Source: Candidatus Pacebacteria bacterium CG_4_9_14_0_2_um_filter_40_15
GTDB taxonomy: Bacteria > Patescibacteriota > Microgenomatia > UBA1400 > PJMF01
Length of the DNA stretch: 64,000 nucleotides
Assembly: GCA_002788675.1 (NCBI GenBank)
Contig: PFRS01000008.1
Span: forward strand, 70,848 to 134,847
Direction of reading: 5' to 3'
Below the pieces are notes generated by a model, which did no database searches, was not told where the DNA came from, and saw only the letters and a program-made list of their open reading frames with translations. Shown here one piece after another: positions 19,655-29,917 of this stretch. Positions within the stretch are counted from its first letter, which is position 1, and every line of letters begins with the position of its first letter. Made by a program: the position numbers and the translations under genes.

Positions 19655-20878
19655 ATGAATAGTGATTTACAACTGACCAAAGATTTTCCAATATTAGATC
19701 GAAAAGTGCACAACACCAGGCTTGTGTATTTTGACAACGCCGCCACAACTCAAAAACCAGAAGCAGTCATGTCTGCAATGACTCAGTATTATCAAACGAG
19801 TAATGCAAATGTGCATCGAGGAGTTCACACACTCAGCGATGAAAGTACATTGGCGGTAGAAAAAGCTCGAAAGACTATTTCTTCCTTTTTAGGTGCAGAT
19901 GCTTCTGAACTTATTTTAGTGCGAAACACAACAGAAGCATTAAATGGCATTCTCTATGGTTGGGCGCTGCACAATTTGGCTGAAGGTGATGTGGTTATCA
20001 CATCACAACTTGAGCATCACTCAAACTTTGTGGTTTGGCAGGAAGCGTGTAAGCACACAGGAGCAGAGCTTAAAGTAATACCCGTTTTGGAAGATAGTAC
20101 GCTTGATTATAAGTGGCTTGAAGCAAATGTTGCTCATGCTAAGTTGATTGCTCTTACCTATGTTTCAAATGCTGTTGGCTCAGTGCTTGATGTAGAGCGA
20201 GTAGTTACTGTGGCAAAGAAGGTGGGTGCGCGAGTGGCTATAGATGGAGCTCAAGCAGTTGCGCATATGCCAGTTTCTTTCAAAAGTTTAGGAGTAGATT
20301 TTTTTGCCTTCAGTGGACATAAAATGTACGGCCCAATGGGAAGCGGCGGATTGTTAGTTCGCTCTGAACTTTTTAAATCAAATGAAATGCAGCCGTGGCT
20401 CTTTGGTGGCGGTATGATTGCAGAAGTCTATGAAAATAAGACAAAGTTTCATGACGATCCAATCGAGCGATTTACTGCGGGTACACCGGACGTAGCAAGT
20501 GCAGTCGGATTAGCTGCAGCATGTGAATATCTTTCGAAAATAGGAATGAAAACAGTTGAAAAGCATGACGAAGAGCTAGTCGCGTATGCGTTCGAAAAAT
20601 TACAAGCCATCCCACAAGTAACGATTGTTGGTCCGACATCAAAAAGAGTTGGATCAGTCAGTTTTCTCTATGAAGGTGTTCACTCACACGATGTAGCCCA
20701 GGTATTAGATAGCCAGGGAATTGCTGTCAGGTCGGGACATCACTGCACTATGCCACTACATGTTGCTAACAATTGGATAGCTACCACTAGAGCAAGTTTT
20801 GCTGTCTATAATTCTAAAGAAGATATTGATTTATTGGTGTTAGGATTACAAAAAGTAGCAGAAGTATTTGGAAAATAG
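19655..20878 (+). CDS. sufS: Cysteine desulfurase SufS
   Basis: FDNAATTQKP, TSQLEHHSN, and the SGHKMYGP PLP-lysine motif. Confidence 0.9.
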   Translation: MNSDLQLTKDFPILDRKVHNTRLVYFDNAATTQKPEAVMSAMTQYYQTSNANVHRGVHTLSDESTLAVEKARKTISSFLGADASELILVRNTTEALNGILYGWALHNLAEGDVVITSQLEHHSNFVVWQEACKHTGAELKVIPVLEDSTLDYKWLEANVAHAKLIALTYVSNAVGSVLDVERVVTVAKKVGARVAIDGAQAVAHMPVSFKSLGVDFFAFSGHKMYGPMGSGGLLVRSELFKSNEMQPWLFGGGMIAEVYENKTKFHDDPIERFTAGTPDVASAVGLAAACEYLSKIGMKTVEKHDEELVAYAFEKLQAIPQVTIVGPTSKRVGSVSFLYEGVHSHDVAQVLDSQGIAVRSGHHCTMPLHVANNWIATTRASFAVYNSKEDIDLLVLGLQKVAEVFGK

Positions 20879-20879
20879 T

Positions 20880-21248
20880 ATGACAGAAGATCTCTACCAA
20901 GAAGTACTCCTTGAAGCTGCAGAAAATCCACAAAATTTTGGAACCTTATCTAATTTTACGCATGAGTTCGATGGCTTTAACGCTTCGTGCGGAGATAAAA
21001 TTCATGTGCAGTTGCAGGTTGATGTCGCAGGCACAATCTCAGACATCGCTTGGCAAGGTGACGGCTGTATTATTTCGCAAGCGGCGATGAGTGCAGTTTC
21101 TGAATTTGTGAAGAACAAGCCGGTTGCAGATCTGGAAGAGCTTTCATTAGCAGATATACTTGAGCTTTTGCATTTCGATACCATCTCCCCAGGTCGAATT
21201 AAATGTTGTATGCTAGGTCTTGAGTCTGTGCGAAAAGCATTGGGCTAA
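20880..21248 (+). CDS. sufU: SufU/IscU-like Fe-S assembly sulfur-acceptor protein
   Basis: NPQNFG, ASCGDKI, DGCIISQAA, and a C-terminal Cys (IKCC). The start was moved to the ATG at 20880, just after the sufS stop. Confidence 0.75.
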   Translation: MTEDLYQEVLLEAAENPQNFGTLSNFTHEFDGFNASCGDKIHVQLQVDVAGTISDIAWQGDGCIISQAAMSAVSEFVKNKPVADLEELSLADILELLHFDTISPGRIKCCMLGLESVRKALG

Positions 21249-21256
21249 CCCCAACT

Positions 21257-21922
21257 ATGATAGAACAACGCGAACAACAACCTTTCCCCCTTCAATATGA
21301 AAATGTGACAGACGATGAGTTAGCATTATCAACCAGTAATATTATGGATTTACTTGATAAAGCACTGCGTGGGGTAAAAGGTCCAGATGGAAAGACGCTA
21401 GAAGAATTTTCAGCTGCTGTTGAAGCAGAAAAAAAGAGAAAAGCAGATGAAGTAGCGTATGCTCCTATCAAAGAGCGAGCAGAAAAAGAATGGCAGATAA
21501 GAGCACTAGAAAAGGCAAGTGAAGCAATGATTACTCGGGCAATGGAATTACTTAAGCGTAAAAATGTTTCAGAACTTATCTTTCAAGAATTTGATAGAGA
21601 CAATCAACCTCGTAAAGAGTCTCTGAAAATCATTAAACTCAGAGCTGGTGATATGCCTGAAATTAGGTTTAAATACAATTCGGGGAATGAAGAATTGGAC
21701 ATCGTGCTCTCACTTGATACAGATAAAAAAATAATATTCAGACAGTATTACTTAGCTGATACACTTTGGAGAAAAGTGCCGACTAGCCCTGGAAATTCGA
21801 TTGATGATACGCAATTTAGAGGTGAAAACTTGTTAGCAGTTGCATCTGAGCTCAGTGCTCTAAGCCAAGCGTTAGAAACGTTGGTTGATTTTAGTTCGGA
21901 TCTTACTCCAACATTGGAATAA
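21257..21922 (+). CDS. Hypothetical protein
   Basis: 221-aa ORF with a charged coiled-coil-like N-terminus and no recognisable motif. Confidence 0.4.
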   Translation: MIEQREQQPFPLQYENVTDDELALSTSNIMDLLDKALRGVKGPDGKTLEEFSAAVEAEKKRKADEVAYAPIKERAEKEWQIRALEKASEAMITRAMELLKRKNVSELIFQEFDRDNQPRKESLKIIKLRAGDMPEIRFKYNSGNEELDIVLSLDTDKKIIFRQYYLADTLWRKVPTSPGNSIDDTQFRGENLLAVASELSALSQALETLVDFSSDLTPTLE

Positions 21923-21964
21923 GATTGCTTTTCAGGCAGTAAATATGATACAAAAGGCACTACA

Positions 21965-22531
21965 ATGCACATCTTCGTAGGTTCCCACAATCCAGTAAAA
22001 ATCAATGCAGTTACCATTGCTGCTTCAGAAACTTGGCCAGATGCAACTCTGGTTGGCTATGACGTTCCCAGTGGGGTTGATGAACAGCCCGTTGGTGACG
22101 ATATGACCCGGAATGGGGCTATAAACAGAGCTCAAGCAGCATTGCACGATGGTTTGGTTGCTCACGATCAATTATCTGAGATCGACGAAGTTCTCGGTGT
22201 TGGTTTGGAAGGTGGAGTCATGGAGTTTGGCACTGAAATGTGGTCAACCGTTTGGGTTGCAGTTGTTGATAATTCAGGCAATGTATGTGAAAGCAATGGA
22301 GCTCGTTTTAGAGTTCCAGAAATTGTTGCAGAAAAAATTCGAGCAGGTGAAGAGATGGGTCCAATTGTGGCCAAAATTTCTGGTGTGTCGGATGTAAGAA
22401 AGAAACAAGGATTTATTGGAGTACTCACAGACGGTTTTGTTGATAGAACAGAAGAGTATTCTGGAATCGCCAAGATGGCACTGGGTGTTTGGTATGGAAG
22501 AAACTGGCAGGATAGGCTGCAAACTGAATAG
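21965..22531 (+). CDS. Inosine/xanthosine triphosphatase (YjjX/DUF84 family), putative
   Basis: Collinear similarity to E. coli YjjX: SHNPVKINAV..., VPSGVDEQPVG, RVPEIVAEKIRAGEEMGPIVAK, KQGFIGVLTDG. Confidence 0.55.
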   Translation: MHIFVGSHNPVKINAVTIAASETWPDATLVGYDVPSGVDEQPVGDDMTRNGAINRAQAALHDGLVAHDQLSEIDEVLGVGLEGGVMEFGTEMWSTVWVAVVDNSGNVCESNGARFRVPEIVAEKIRAGEEMGPIVAKISGVSDVRKKQGFIGVLTDGFVDRTEEYSGIAKMALGVWYGRNWQDRLQTE

Positions 22532-22550
22532 TCTAGTAAAATAAGGAAGG

Positions 22551-23267
22551 ATGAGGAGTATGCCTCCACAACAATTTAAAGCAAGAATCGAAGACAGAGT
22601 TATTCAAAATGATAAGTTTTTTACTATTTCATTTGAATTAATTGAGCCTGGAGCAATGGAATTTAAGGCTGGTCAGTATGTATCAATTAAAGTTGATGCA
22701 GCTGGTACACGTAGAAGCTATTCTATCGCAAGTCGACCAGATATTAACCATGGCTTTGAGTTGGCAATAGACGTTACTCCAGGTGGAGTCGGCACAACAT
22801 TTTTGCGTGACATGCCAATAGGAACTGAGGTTGAAGTTTTGGGTCCACTTGGGTCATTTGTGATCGCCGACGATCCAACTGAAAAAGCTATAGTGTTGGT
22901 TGGCACAGGTTCAGGCATTGCTCCACTTCGCTCAATGCTTTTAGACCTGCTTCAGGTTAAACAGGACACACGCCCTATTATTTTACATTGGGGTATTCGG
23001 TTTGTTGAATCTTTGTTTTGGGAGAATGAGTTCCAAGATATTGTTGAGCGATTCCCTAATTTTAAATTTCATCCAGTCGTTTCAAAAGCTATTGACGGGT
23101 GGACACTCTGCCGTGGTAGAGTAACAGACTGTTTATCTACACATGAATTACCAACAGAAGCTGGTTACTATTTATGTGGTGGTAAACCAATGATTGAATC
23201 CGTGGTGAAATTATTAGGAGAACGAGGCATTGCTCCAGAGCATATTCATCATGAAAAGTTTTTCTAA
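22551..23267 (+). CDS. FAD/NAD(P)-binding oxidoreductase of the ferredoxin-NADP reductase family
   Basis: The RSYSIAS FAD-binding motif and the GTGSGIAPLRSML NAD(P)-binding motif. Confidence 0.7.
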   Translation: MRSMPPQQFKARIEDRVIQNDKFFTISFELIEPGAMEFKAGQYVSIKVDAAGTRRSYSIASRPDINHGFELAIDVTPGGVGTTFLRDMPIGTEVEVLGPLGSFVIADDPTEKAIVLVGTGSGIAPLRSMLLDLLQVKQDTRPIILHWGIRFVESLFWENEFQDIVERFPNFKFHPVVSKAIDGWTLCRGRVTDCLSTHELPTEAGYYLCGGKPMIESVVKLLGERGIAPEHIHHEKFF

Positions 23268-23290
23268 ATTTCTAAATAAGGGTTGCTGCA

Positions 23291-23980
23291 ATGAATGAAC
23301 AAAAGCCAGTGCAAAAAAAGAATTCAAAGCTTGTTGCTTTGCTCATGTTCGTTTTTGGGATAGTTATTTTTTGGATGATTTTAAATTGGAAGACCGTTTC
23401 AAGACAAGTTACGTTGCTGTTGAAAAGTGGTGCAGTGACCTCTGATCAATCTGAGGTCATCACTGAAATGAAGTCAAGATATCCAGAGTATAGTGTAGAT
23501 AAGGAGCCGCTTGTGCTTCTAGGTTCAGTAGGAGATCTATCTGAAACATACTCCACTGATTTGTTTTCAATTTCATATCCGCAAGATACATATGCATATA
23601 ACGCAAATACTGCTGAATTATCTGGTTTTGGTTTTTGTCCGGGAGGACAACAAGATTGTCAGTATCCCAAAATGGTAGTTATTCCGATGAAAACAACCAC
23701 GCTGATGGAGTGGTTACAACAGGATGCGGGGTATCATGAGAAGGCATACTGGAATTACTCAACGGTACAAGACCAGTATTTGGTAGTGGTTCGACCACTA
23801 CAGCTCAATGAGTATCCAGGTGTCTATTTAGAAGTAACCTGTAAATCAGGAGAGGATTGTACTTCTGAGGATGTTGCTTTAGGTGCATTTGTAGCTAACG
23901 GCAGAACGTATATTTTCCAGTATGGTTTAGGTGGGGATGAAAAGTATAGGCAAATTCTACAAAGTTTTTCACTTCAATAA
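23291..23980 (+). CDS. Hypothetical membrane-anchored protein
   Basis: An N-terminal TM helix followed by a Cys-containing extracytoplasmic domain. Confidence 0.4.
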   Translation: MNEQKPVQKKNSKLVALLMFVFGIVIFWMILNWKTVSRQVTLLLKSGAVTSDQSEVITEMKSRYPEYSVDKEPLVLLGSVGDLSETYSTDLFSISYPQDTYAYNANTAELSGFGFCPGGQQDCQYPKMVVIPMKTTTLMEWLQQDAGYHEKAYWNYSTVQDQYLVVVRPLQLNEYPGVYLEVTCKSGEDCTSEDVALGAFVANGRTYIFQYGLGGDEKYRQILQSFSLQ

Positions 23981-24025
23981 TAATGGTATAGTAACTAATA
24001 GTTAGAAACACATAAGGAGAAAGAT

Positions 24026-24349
24026 ATGACCGACGATCAAAACGCAGCAGTTGCAACCGCTCCAGCAACTATAGATGGTGTAACAACAGAACACGTCGAA
24101 GATAAAACTGTCCAGACTAAAATGGCAGGAAAGTATAAAGTTGAAGTTATTCGAGACAAGTGTATAAGTGCTGGTAGCTGTGTTGCCATTGCTCCAGGAG
24201 TATTTGAACTTGATGAAGAACAAATTGCTGTTATTATTTCTCAGGATGGTGATGACGATCAAACCAAGTTGCTAGCTGCGCAAAGTTGCCCGACAGCTGC
24301 TGTTATTGTGACCGACATCGAGACAGGTCAACAAGTCTGGCCACAGTAG
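24026..24349 (+). CDS. Ferredoxin (single [3Fe-4S]/[4Fe-4S] cluster type)
   Basis: CISAGSCVAIAP...CP spacing as in Pyrococcus/Thermotoga-type ferredoxins. It lies adjacent to the FNR-like reductase. Confidence 0.55.
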   Translation: MTDDQNAAVATAPATIDGVTTEHVEDKTVQTKMAGKYKVEVIRDKCISAGSCVAIAPGVFELDEEQIAVIISQDGDDDQTKLLAAQSCPTAAVIVTDIETGQQVWPQ

Positions 24350-24437
24350 CTGCTGCTTGTTTCTCAAGTAACTATACTTGCTGCCTGAAATTACCAGGTG
24401 ACATCTTTAGTAATTGTATGATATACAAGGATAACGT

Positions 24438-25121
24438 ATGAAAAATATGCCCCTCTTAATCGGCACCATTGTTGTTTCACTCATAATGATTGTGGGAGTA
24501 GCCTTTATGTTTTCAGGTGATAGCACCCCAACTGCTGATCAACTTGTTCCGCTAGATGAAGTGATCTTAGTCCCCGAAAATCCACATGTTAAAGGAGCGC
24601 CCGAAGCTGCCATTACAGTTGTCGAGTTTAGCGACTTCCAATGTCCAGCATGTAGTGCAGCTCAGCCGCTTGTAAATGAATTACTTGCTCAGTATGGTGA
24701 TTCTGTTAGATTTATTTACAGACATTACCCACTTATCAGTATTCATAAAAATGCACAGGCAGCATCAATTTTTGCGCAGGCAGCAACAGAACAAGATAAA
24801 TTCTGGGAAGTGCATGACATGCTTTTCCAGACTCAACCTGAGTGGAGTACCATCACAAACGATGATGACCTTCAGGCTAAATTTATGACGTATGCAGAAG
24901 CATTGCAGCTTGATACTGCTCTGCTTGAAGAAAAAATGAAAGATACATCAGTACTTGAGGCAATTCAGAGAGACGTGACCGATGGCAACACTGCCAAGAT
25001 CGCGGGAACGCCAACATTCTACGTGAATGGAGTACTTACCCCTGCCCCTCAGTTACTCTCAACTGTAGAAAAATTAGTAGTAACTACACCGGAGACAGAT
25101 GTACTTGATTCCGGTAAGTAA
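24438..25121 (+). CDS. DsbA-like thiol:disulfide oxidoreductase
   Basis: N-terminal TM anchor and the thioredoxin-fold motif FQCPAC. Confidence 0.75.
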   Translation: MKNMPLLIGTIVVSLIMIVGVAFMFSGDSTPTADQLVPLDEVILVPENPHVKGAPEAAITVVEFSDFQCPACSAAQPLVNELLAQYGDSVRFIYRHYPLISIHKNAQAASIFAQAATEQDKFWEVHDMLFQTQPEWSTITNDDDLQAKFMTYAEALQLDTALLEEKMKDTSVLEAIQRDVTDGNTAKIAGTPTFYVNGVLTPAPQLLSTVEKLVVTTPETDVLDSGK

Positions 25122-25139
25122 TAGGAAAGAAGGGGCATA

Positions 25140-25646
25140 ATGAAAAAGCTTTCTCCGTATATATTCCCAGCAATTGTTTTGGGATTAGTGTTTTTGCTGG
25201 TTTTCAGATGGTACACCATGCGTACCGATCGAGTAGAGTCTGGACTGCTTAGCGAGGGCGTGATTATAGAGAATCTCTCAGAAGATGAAGTGCAGGCACT
25301 CGACTCAGTTGCAGATTTTCAGGCTGCTGAAATGGTTTCAACATCTGAAGATGCTACTGGAACAGTTAAATATGAAGTTAAGGACGATAAAGTAACCTTT
25401 ACCGTTTCTGCTGTGTTACCAGAAGAGGAAACAGAGTATCAAGTTTGGTTACAAGAAGTAGATTCTGAAACTACTCGACATGCTTTTGATCTTGAAATGA
25501 AAAAAGGTGGATACATAGGAAGTGCAGCATTCTCTGCAGACTTACTACCACTAAAAGTAGTGGTTCGCAATGGAGCAAATCTTACAGGTGACGGGGCAGG
25601 TGTCTTGCTTGAAACAACAATTGAAGCTCCAGAGGCAATGGAATAA
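25140..25646 (+). CDS. Hypothetical membrane-anchored protein
   Basis: An N-terminal TM helix and an acidic extracytoplasmic domain. Confidence 0.4.
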   Translation: MKKLSPYIFPAIVLGLVFLLVFRWYTMRTDRVESGLLSEGVIIENLSEDEVQALDSVADFQAAEMVSTSEDATGTVKYEVKDDKVTFTVSAVLPEEETEYQVWLQEVDSETTRHAFDLEMKKGGYIGSAAFSADLLPLKVVVRNGANLTGDGAGVLLETTIEAPEAME

Positions 25647-25791
25647 ATTGCTTCTTGAAGTGGCCGCCGAGTGTGCTAGACTGTTAAAAAGTGATGTGCC
25701 AGGCACACAGCAAAAATTGCAAAAAAATGACACGACACTTAAAAAGTAGTAAATATCTTGCCAGAGGCAAGAAAGAATAAAAAGGAGCATT

Positions 25792-26007
25792 ATGAACGCA
25801 TTCAGTTACACAAATGCTAAAGGACAACAATACTACCTCCACACAAAAGAGGTTACTCTTAAGAATGGTCGAGTTCAAAGAATTTATTTCTTTGCACGCG
25901 ATATCCGAGAAGGCTCTCTTGAAGCAGTTCCAGAAGGCTACGAAGTCATGGAAACAAAGAGAACAAACATGCCAGTTCTTAAACGTTCAAACAAGCCAGC
26001 TAAATAA
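25792..26007 (+). CDS. Small hypothetical protein (71 aa)
   Basis: A good SD (aaaaggag) sits 7 nt upstream of the ATG, and a terminator follows. Confidence 0.4.
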   Translation: MNAFSYTNAKGQQYYLHTKEVTLKNGRVQRIYFFARDIREGSLEAVPEGYEVMETKRTNMPVLKRSNKPAK

Positions 26008-26037
26008 ATCTAGCTCGCTCATTTTAAAATAAAATCT

Positions 26038-26071
26038 GAAATCCCCTCGAGAAATTCTCGGGGGGATTTTA
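26038..26071. terminator. Bidirectional rho-independent terminator
   Basis: aaatcccctcgagaaattctcggggggatttt: a hairpin flanked by an A-run and a T-run. Confidence 0.65.
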
Positions 26072-26111
26072 GTACCAGATACATTCATTTATGCGGTAAA
26101 ATAAAGGGGTC

Positions 26112-26468
26112 ATGTTACTAGAGTCAACACATACCACTATCACAGAAAAAGATGTCATGGATTGTCTAACTACTGTTATTGATCCTGAACTGCATATCGA
26201 TATTGTGAGTATGGGTCTGGTGTATGGCATTGATATCAGAGATATCCAAACAGATACAGGAACACGACCCTGGATTCATGTTCTGCTAACACTTACAACC
26301 CCGGGGTGTCCGTTGGCTGCCATGTTTGACACCATGATTAAAGATGCACTCGCAGGATTACCAGGAGTAGATGTGCAGAAGGATATCACCGTTGAACTTA
26401 CCTTTGATCCGCCATGGGTTCCTGATATGATGACTGAAGAAGCACGAGCAGAACTTGGTTTTGACTGA
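26112..26468 (+). CDS. DUF59/SufT (MIP18-like) Fe-S assembly protein
   Basis: VIDPELHIDIVSMGLVYGIDI...TLTTPGCP. Confidence 0.6.
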   Translation: MLLESTHTTITEKDVMDCLTTVIDPELHIDIVSMGLVYGIDIRDIQTDTGTRPWIHVLLTLTTPGCPLAAMFDTMIKDALAGLPGVDVQKDITVELTFDPPWVPDMMTEEARAELGFD

Positions 26469-26505
26469 TTTGCTTCAAAATAGGATGTAGATGAGAAAGG
26501 GATGA

Positions 26506-26955
26506 ATGACTATTCACATAGCAACTGATCACCGTGGTTTTGAGTTAAAAGAATCACTCAAACCGTTTATTTCTGCACTTGGTCACACTATTGTTGACCA
26601 TGGAAGTGATTCCTATAACCAGGATGATGATTATCCAGATACAGCTGTAAAGGCTTCTAAAGCAGTAGCAACTGACCCGGAATCTAGAGGAATTGTTCTT
26701 TGTGGATCAGGAGTTGGAGTAAGTGTGGTGGCAAATAAAGTTTTGGGAGTTCGTTGTGTGTTAGGTTTTTCTAACATGCAAGTGGTTCACGCAAGAGAGT
26801 CTGATAACTGCACGATGCTCGCATTGCCAGCAGACTTTGTTGATAGGAATACAGCAGAACAACTCGTTACCTATTTTTTGGAGACTCCATTTAAAGGTGA
26901 AACTGAAGATGTTAGACGTATTGAAAAAGTAGCCAACATTGAAAGAGAAAAATAA
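26506..26955 (+). CDS. rpiB: Ribose-5-phosphate isomerase B (RpiB/LacAB family)
   Basis: MTIHIATDHRGFELKE...GIVLCGSGVGVSVVANKV... Confidence 0.75.
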   Translation: MTIHIATDHRGFELKESLKPFISALGHTIVDHGSDSYNQDDDYPDTAVKASKAVATDPESRGIVLCGSGVGVSVVANKVLGVRCVLGFSNMQVVHARESDNCTMLALPADFVDRNTAEQLVTYFLETPFKGETEDVRRIEKVANIEREK

Positions 26956-26959
26956 AGCT

Positions 26960-27658
26960 ATGAATATAATTCCAAGCATATTATCAGACGAACGTGAGGT
27001 TGTTGCCAAGCAACTAGCGAGTATTCTTTCTTCAGGTGAAGACTATGAGATAGAGCGTGTTCAAATGGATATTATTGATGGTGAGTTTGCCGACAATATT
27101 ACCGTTACACCACTCGATTTACCTGATTTTGAGTTTGGAGGACTAGAAGTTGATTTGCACCTTATGACTCAAGAGCCTCTCGATTTTGTGTATGAGGCAA
27201 AAGAGACAACACATTTTGTGCCAATAAAACGAGTCATAGGTCAGATTGAGAAAATGAGTAACCAAGAGGCATTTGTGGAAGAAGTAAAGAAGCAGCACTG
27301 GTTACCAGGTTTGTGTCTTGATCTCTACACACCATTGAGTGAGTTATCACTTGATGCATTGGAGGATGTGCGCGTGCTTCAGGTTATGGGCATTCAAGCT
27401 GGTTTTCAGGGACAGCAATTTAATGAGCATACCTATCAGGTCATTTCAGAGCTTCGGGAACTTATCGAAAGAGTCAATCCAAAAATAGAATTAATTGTCG
27501 ACGGTGGAGTGAAGCCAGAACATCTTGGCAAGTTACTTGAACTGGGTGTTGATAGCGTGGTCGTTGGCAGTGTATTGTGGAAGGCGGCATCGATTGAAGA
27601 AGGTTTGGATAGCTTATATGACGAATTAGCTAACTCCGAGTCGGAGGAAACATTTTAA
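26960..27658 (+). CDS. rpe: Ribulose-phosphate 3-epimerase, putative
   Basis: MNIIPSILS, VDLHLM, VLQVMGIQAGFQGQQF and IVDGGV follow the Rpe motif order. The start was moved to the ATG at 26960. Confidence 0.55.
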   Translation: MNIIPSILSDEREVVAKQLASILSSGEDYEIERVQMDIIDGEFADNITVTPLDLPDFEFGGLEVDLHLMTQEPLDFVYEAKETTHFVPIKRVIGQIEKMSNQEAFVEEVKKQHWLPGLCLDLYTPLSELSLDALEDVRVLQVMGIQAGFQGQQFNEHTYQVISELRELIERVNPKIELIVDGGVKPEHLGKLLELGVDSVVVGSVLWKAASIEEGLDSLYDELANSESEETF

Positions 27659-27679
27659 GTACATAAAAGTAAGGATCTA

Positions 27680-28324
27680 ATGAAGACAGAAGTTCACGTA
27701 CCAAAGCCACAGATGCACTGTACGATTAAAAATATTGCAATTTTTGGAAGTGCTGACGTTGATGAAGAGCATCCACTCTATAAAGATGTCTTTAATGTGG
27801 CTCGTTACTTGGCTTATCACAACTACACCATTGTGAATGGTGGAGGCCCAGGTGTTATGGATGCAGCTACACAGGGTGCCGAATCTGCAGATGGTGAAAC
27901 ATTAGTAGTTACTTTTTATCCAAAGGACATGCCAGAGTTTGAGGGTCGCTTTACTAAAAATACTGCTGATAAAGAAATTAAAACCAAAAATTATATTGAA
28001 CGAATGTTTGGTCTTATGGAACATGCAGACGCATTTGTGTGTTTCGAAGGTGGTACCGGTACGCTCAGTGAATGGGCAACTGCCTGGCTCTTAGCTCATC
28101 TTTACTATGGAAATCATAAACCGCTTATTCTTTACGGTGAGTTTTGGGAGAAGCTGATGCGAGTGGTCAACGACCACTTCTTTATTGGTGAAAAAGAACT
28201 CAGTGTCTATCGCATTGTTAAGAATGAAGAAGAAATGATCACTGCATTGAACGAATTTTCAGCTGAGCTTGCCGATCGTTGTGGTTTGCCTGAACGCACT
28301 AAAGAAGTAGCGACTGAAAGTTAA
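27680..28324 (+). CDS. LOG family protein (TIGR00730 Rossmann-fold nucleotide-binding protein)
   Basis: IAIFGSA, GGGPGVMDAATQGA, FVCFEGGTGTLSEW. Confidence 0.6.
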   Translation: MKTEVHVPKPQMHCTIKNIAIFGSADVDEEHPLYKDVFNVARYLAYHNYTIVNGGGPGVMDAATQGAESADGETLVVTFYPKDMPEFEGRFTKNTADKEIKTKNYIERMFGLMEHADAFVCFEGGTGTLSEWATAWLLAHLYYGNHKPLILYGEFWEKLMRVVNDHFFIGEKELSVYRIVKNEEEMITALNEFSAELADRCGLPERTKEVATES

Positions 28325-28395
28325 GAAAAAACATAGTACAATAAAATAAGCGTCGCAATTGCCAATGTAGGTGAGCGACCAACGAGTACCTGCCC

Positions 28396-29334
28396 ATGTA
28401 CGACATTATTACTATCGGTTCATCTGTTGTAGACATCTTTGTCTTGTCTAACCAGTTCCAACTCGAACATTCAAAAGAAGGAGTGCGGCTTTGTCAGGAG
28501 TATGGGGCCAAGATTGATGTCGATAGTTTCCAAGTGCATAGCGGTGGCGGTGGTGGAAATACTGCCGTTGGATTTGCTCGCTTAGGTTTTGCAGTCGGAG
28601 TGGTGACAGAGACAGGTAAAGATTCATTTGCCAACATTGTTCTGGAAGATTTTCATACAAATAAAGTATCAACAAACCTTGTTATTCAAGAAAAAAGAGA
28701 AGAAACAGGTGGTTCTGTTGCTTTGATTGGTAAAGATGGTGGTCGCTCAATTTTAGTTCATCGAGGGGCTTCTTCTGAACTTGATCCCAAAGACCTTCCC
28801 GTGGGTCATCTCTCTCGAGCACGATGGGTGCATCTTTCAAGTATTGCTGGCAGGGAAGATACGCTTCGTAAACTTTTTGAAATTCTCAGCAGATCAAACA
28901 GACGATACAAACTTTCTTGGAACCCTGGAAGGAGTGAATTGGTCCTGTTAAAAAATAGACAGTTACACATTGCTCATGTACCGTGCGAAGTCTTTTCAGT
29001 GAATCGAGATGAGTGGAATTTATTAGAAGGCGTACGGGATCAAATAATGGCTAATGTGCCTCAAATTGTAATTACTGAAGGCAACAAGGGATGCGAAGTA
29101 ATTATCAAAGGTTTCAATAGACATTTCTCTACTAAAAAGGTTACCTCTATTGATGACACTGGTGCTGGTGATGCGTTCATCACTGCGTACATTGCTGCTC
29201 AGCTGAAGGGACAACTTCCAGAGACAGCGGTTCAGTGGGGAATTGAAAATGCTACATCTGTAGTTCAACACGTAGGAGCTAGAGCCGGGCTATTGCGCTT
29301 AGGCGATATGGAAAAAGTAGAAAATGTGTCATAA
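28396..29334 (+). CDS. PfkB-family carbohydrate kinase (ribokinase-like)
   Basis: The N-terminus IITIGSSVVDIF and the C-terminus DDTGAGDAFITAYIAA (DTxGAGD motif). Confidence 0.75.
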   Translation: MYDIITIGSSVVDIFVLSNQFQLEHSKEGVRLCQEYGAKIDVDSFQVHSGGGGGNTAVGFARLGFAVGVVTETGKDSFANIVLEDFHTNKVSTNLVIQEKREETGGSVALIGKDGGRSILVHRGASSELDPKDLPVGHLSRARWVHLSSIAGREDTLRKLFEILSRSNRRYKLSWNPGRSELVLLKNRQLHIAHVPCEVFSVNRDEWNLLEGVRDQIMANVPQIVITEGNKGCEVIIKGFNRHFSTKKVTSIDDTGAGDAFITAYIAAQLKGQLPETAVQWGIENATSVVQHVGARAGLLRLGDMEKVENVS

Positions 29335-29344
29335 TGGAAAATAT

Positions 29345-29878
29345 ATGAAAAAAGGCTTATTATCTCTTGCATTCTCTCTCGTATTTTTAGGGGCTTCATT
29401 GAGTACATCTCATGATGTTTTTGCTGCTGGTTTATCTGTTACTTCGATTGGCGGAGTTTCTACTGGCGGCACGGTAACTACCTGGGCAAATGAAGGATAC
29501 AATCCACTTCTGGTGGGTACCGCCTCACCATCAGCAAGTATTTCTATTGATATCGATTCAGTTGTAGCATCAACAATGTCTGCGACTGATGGGTCATGGT
29601 CATACAAGCCAACGACACTTTCATCTGCTGGCTCGTATGAAGTTGCACTGTCTTCTGGCTCAGAAAGTGTTCTGTTTACACTCACGATTGCTCAGGCAGC
29701 TAGTGCTGCAACAACAGCGACTACTTCTGCTGCAACAACAAGTGCAGTGACAACACCAACAACACTTCCACAAACTGGTTCGGACGACATTCTGTTATTA
29801 CTAGCAGGCGGTGTGTTCCTGATGATTAGTGGTGCCTATGCAGGAGCTCACATGCTGGGGTATTTCTCAGAGAGTTGA
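29345..29878 (+). CDS. LPXTG-anchored cell-surface protein
   Basis: A signal peptide, a Thr/Ala/Ser-rich stalk, the LPQTG motif, then a hydrophobic helix. The start is at the ATG at 29345, after the kinase stop. Confidence 0.65.
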   Translation: MKKGLLSLAFSLVFLGASLSTSHDVFAAGLSVTSIGGVSTGGTVTTWANEGYNPLLVGTASPSASISIDIDSVVASTMSATDGSWSYKPTTLSSAGSYEVALSSGSESVLFTLTIAQAASAATTATTSAATTSAVTTPTTLPQTGSDDILLLLAGGVFLMISGAYAGAHMLGYFSES

Positions 29879-29917
29879 TTTTCTTTTTCAAACTAACAGG
29901 CACAGACAACATACCGT

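Noticed and set aside
25814-26032. 72-aa ORF overlapping the 25792-26007 small gene in another frame
   Set aside because: The 25792 frame has the proper SD and ATG. The overlapping frame lacks an RBS and runs into the terminator hairpin.
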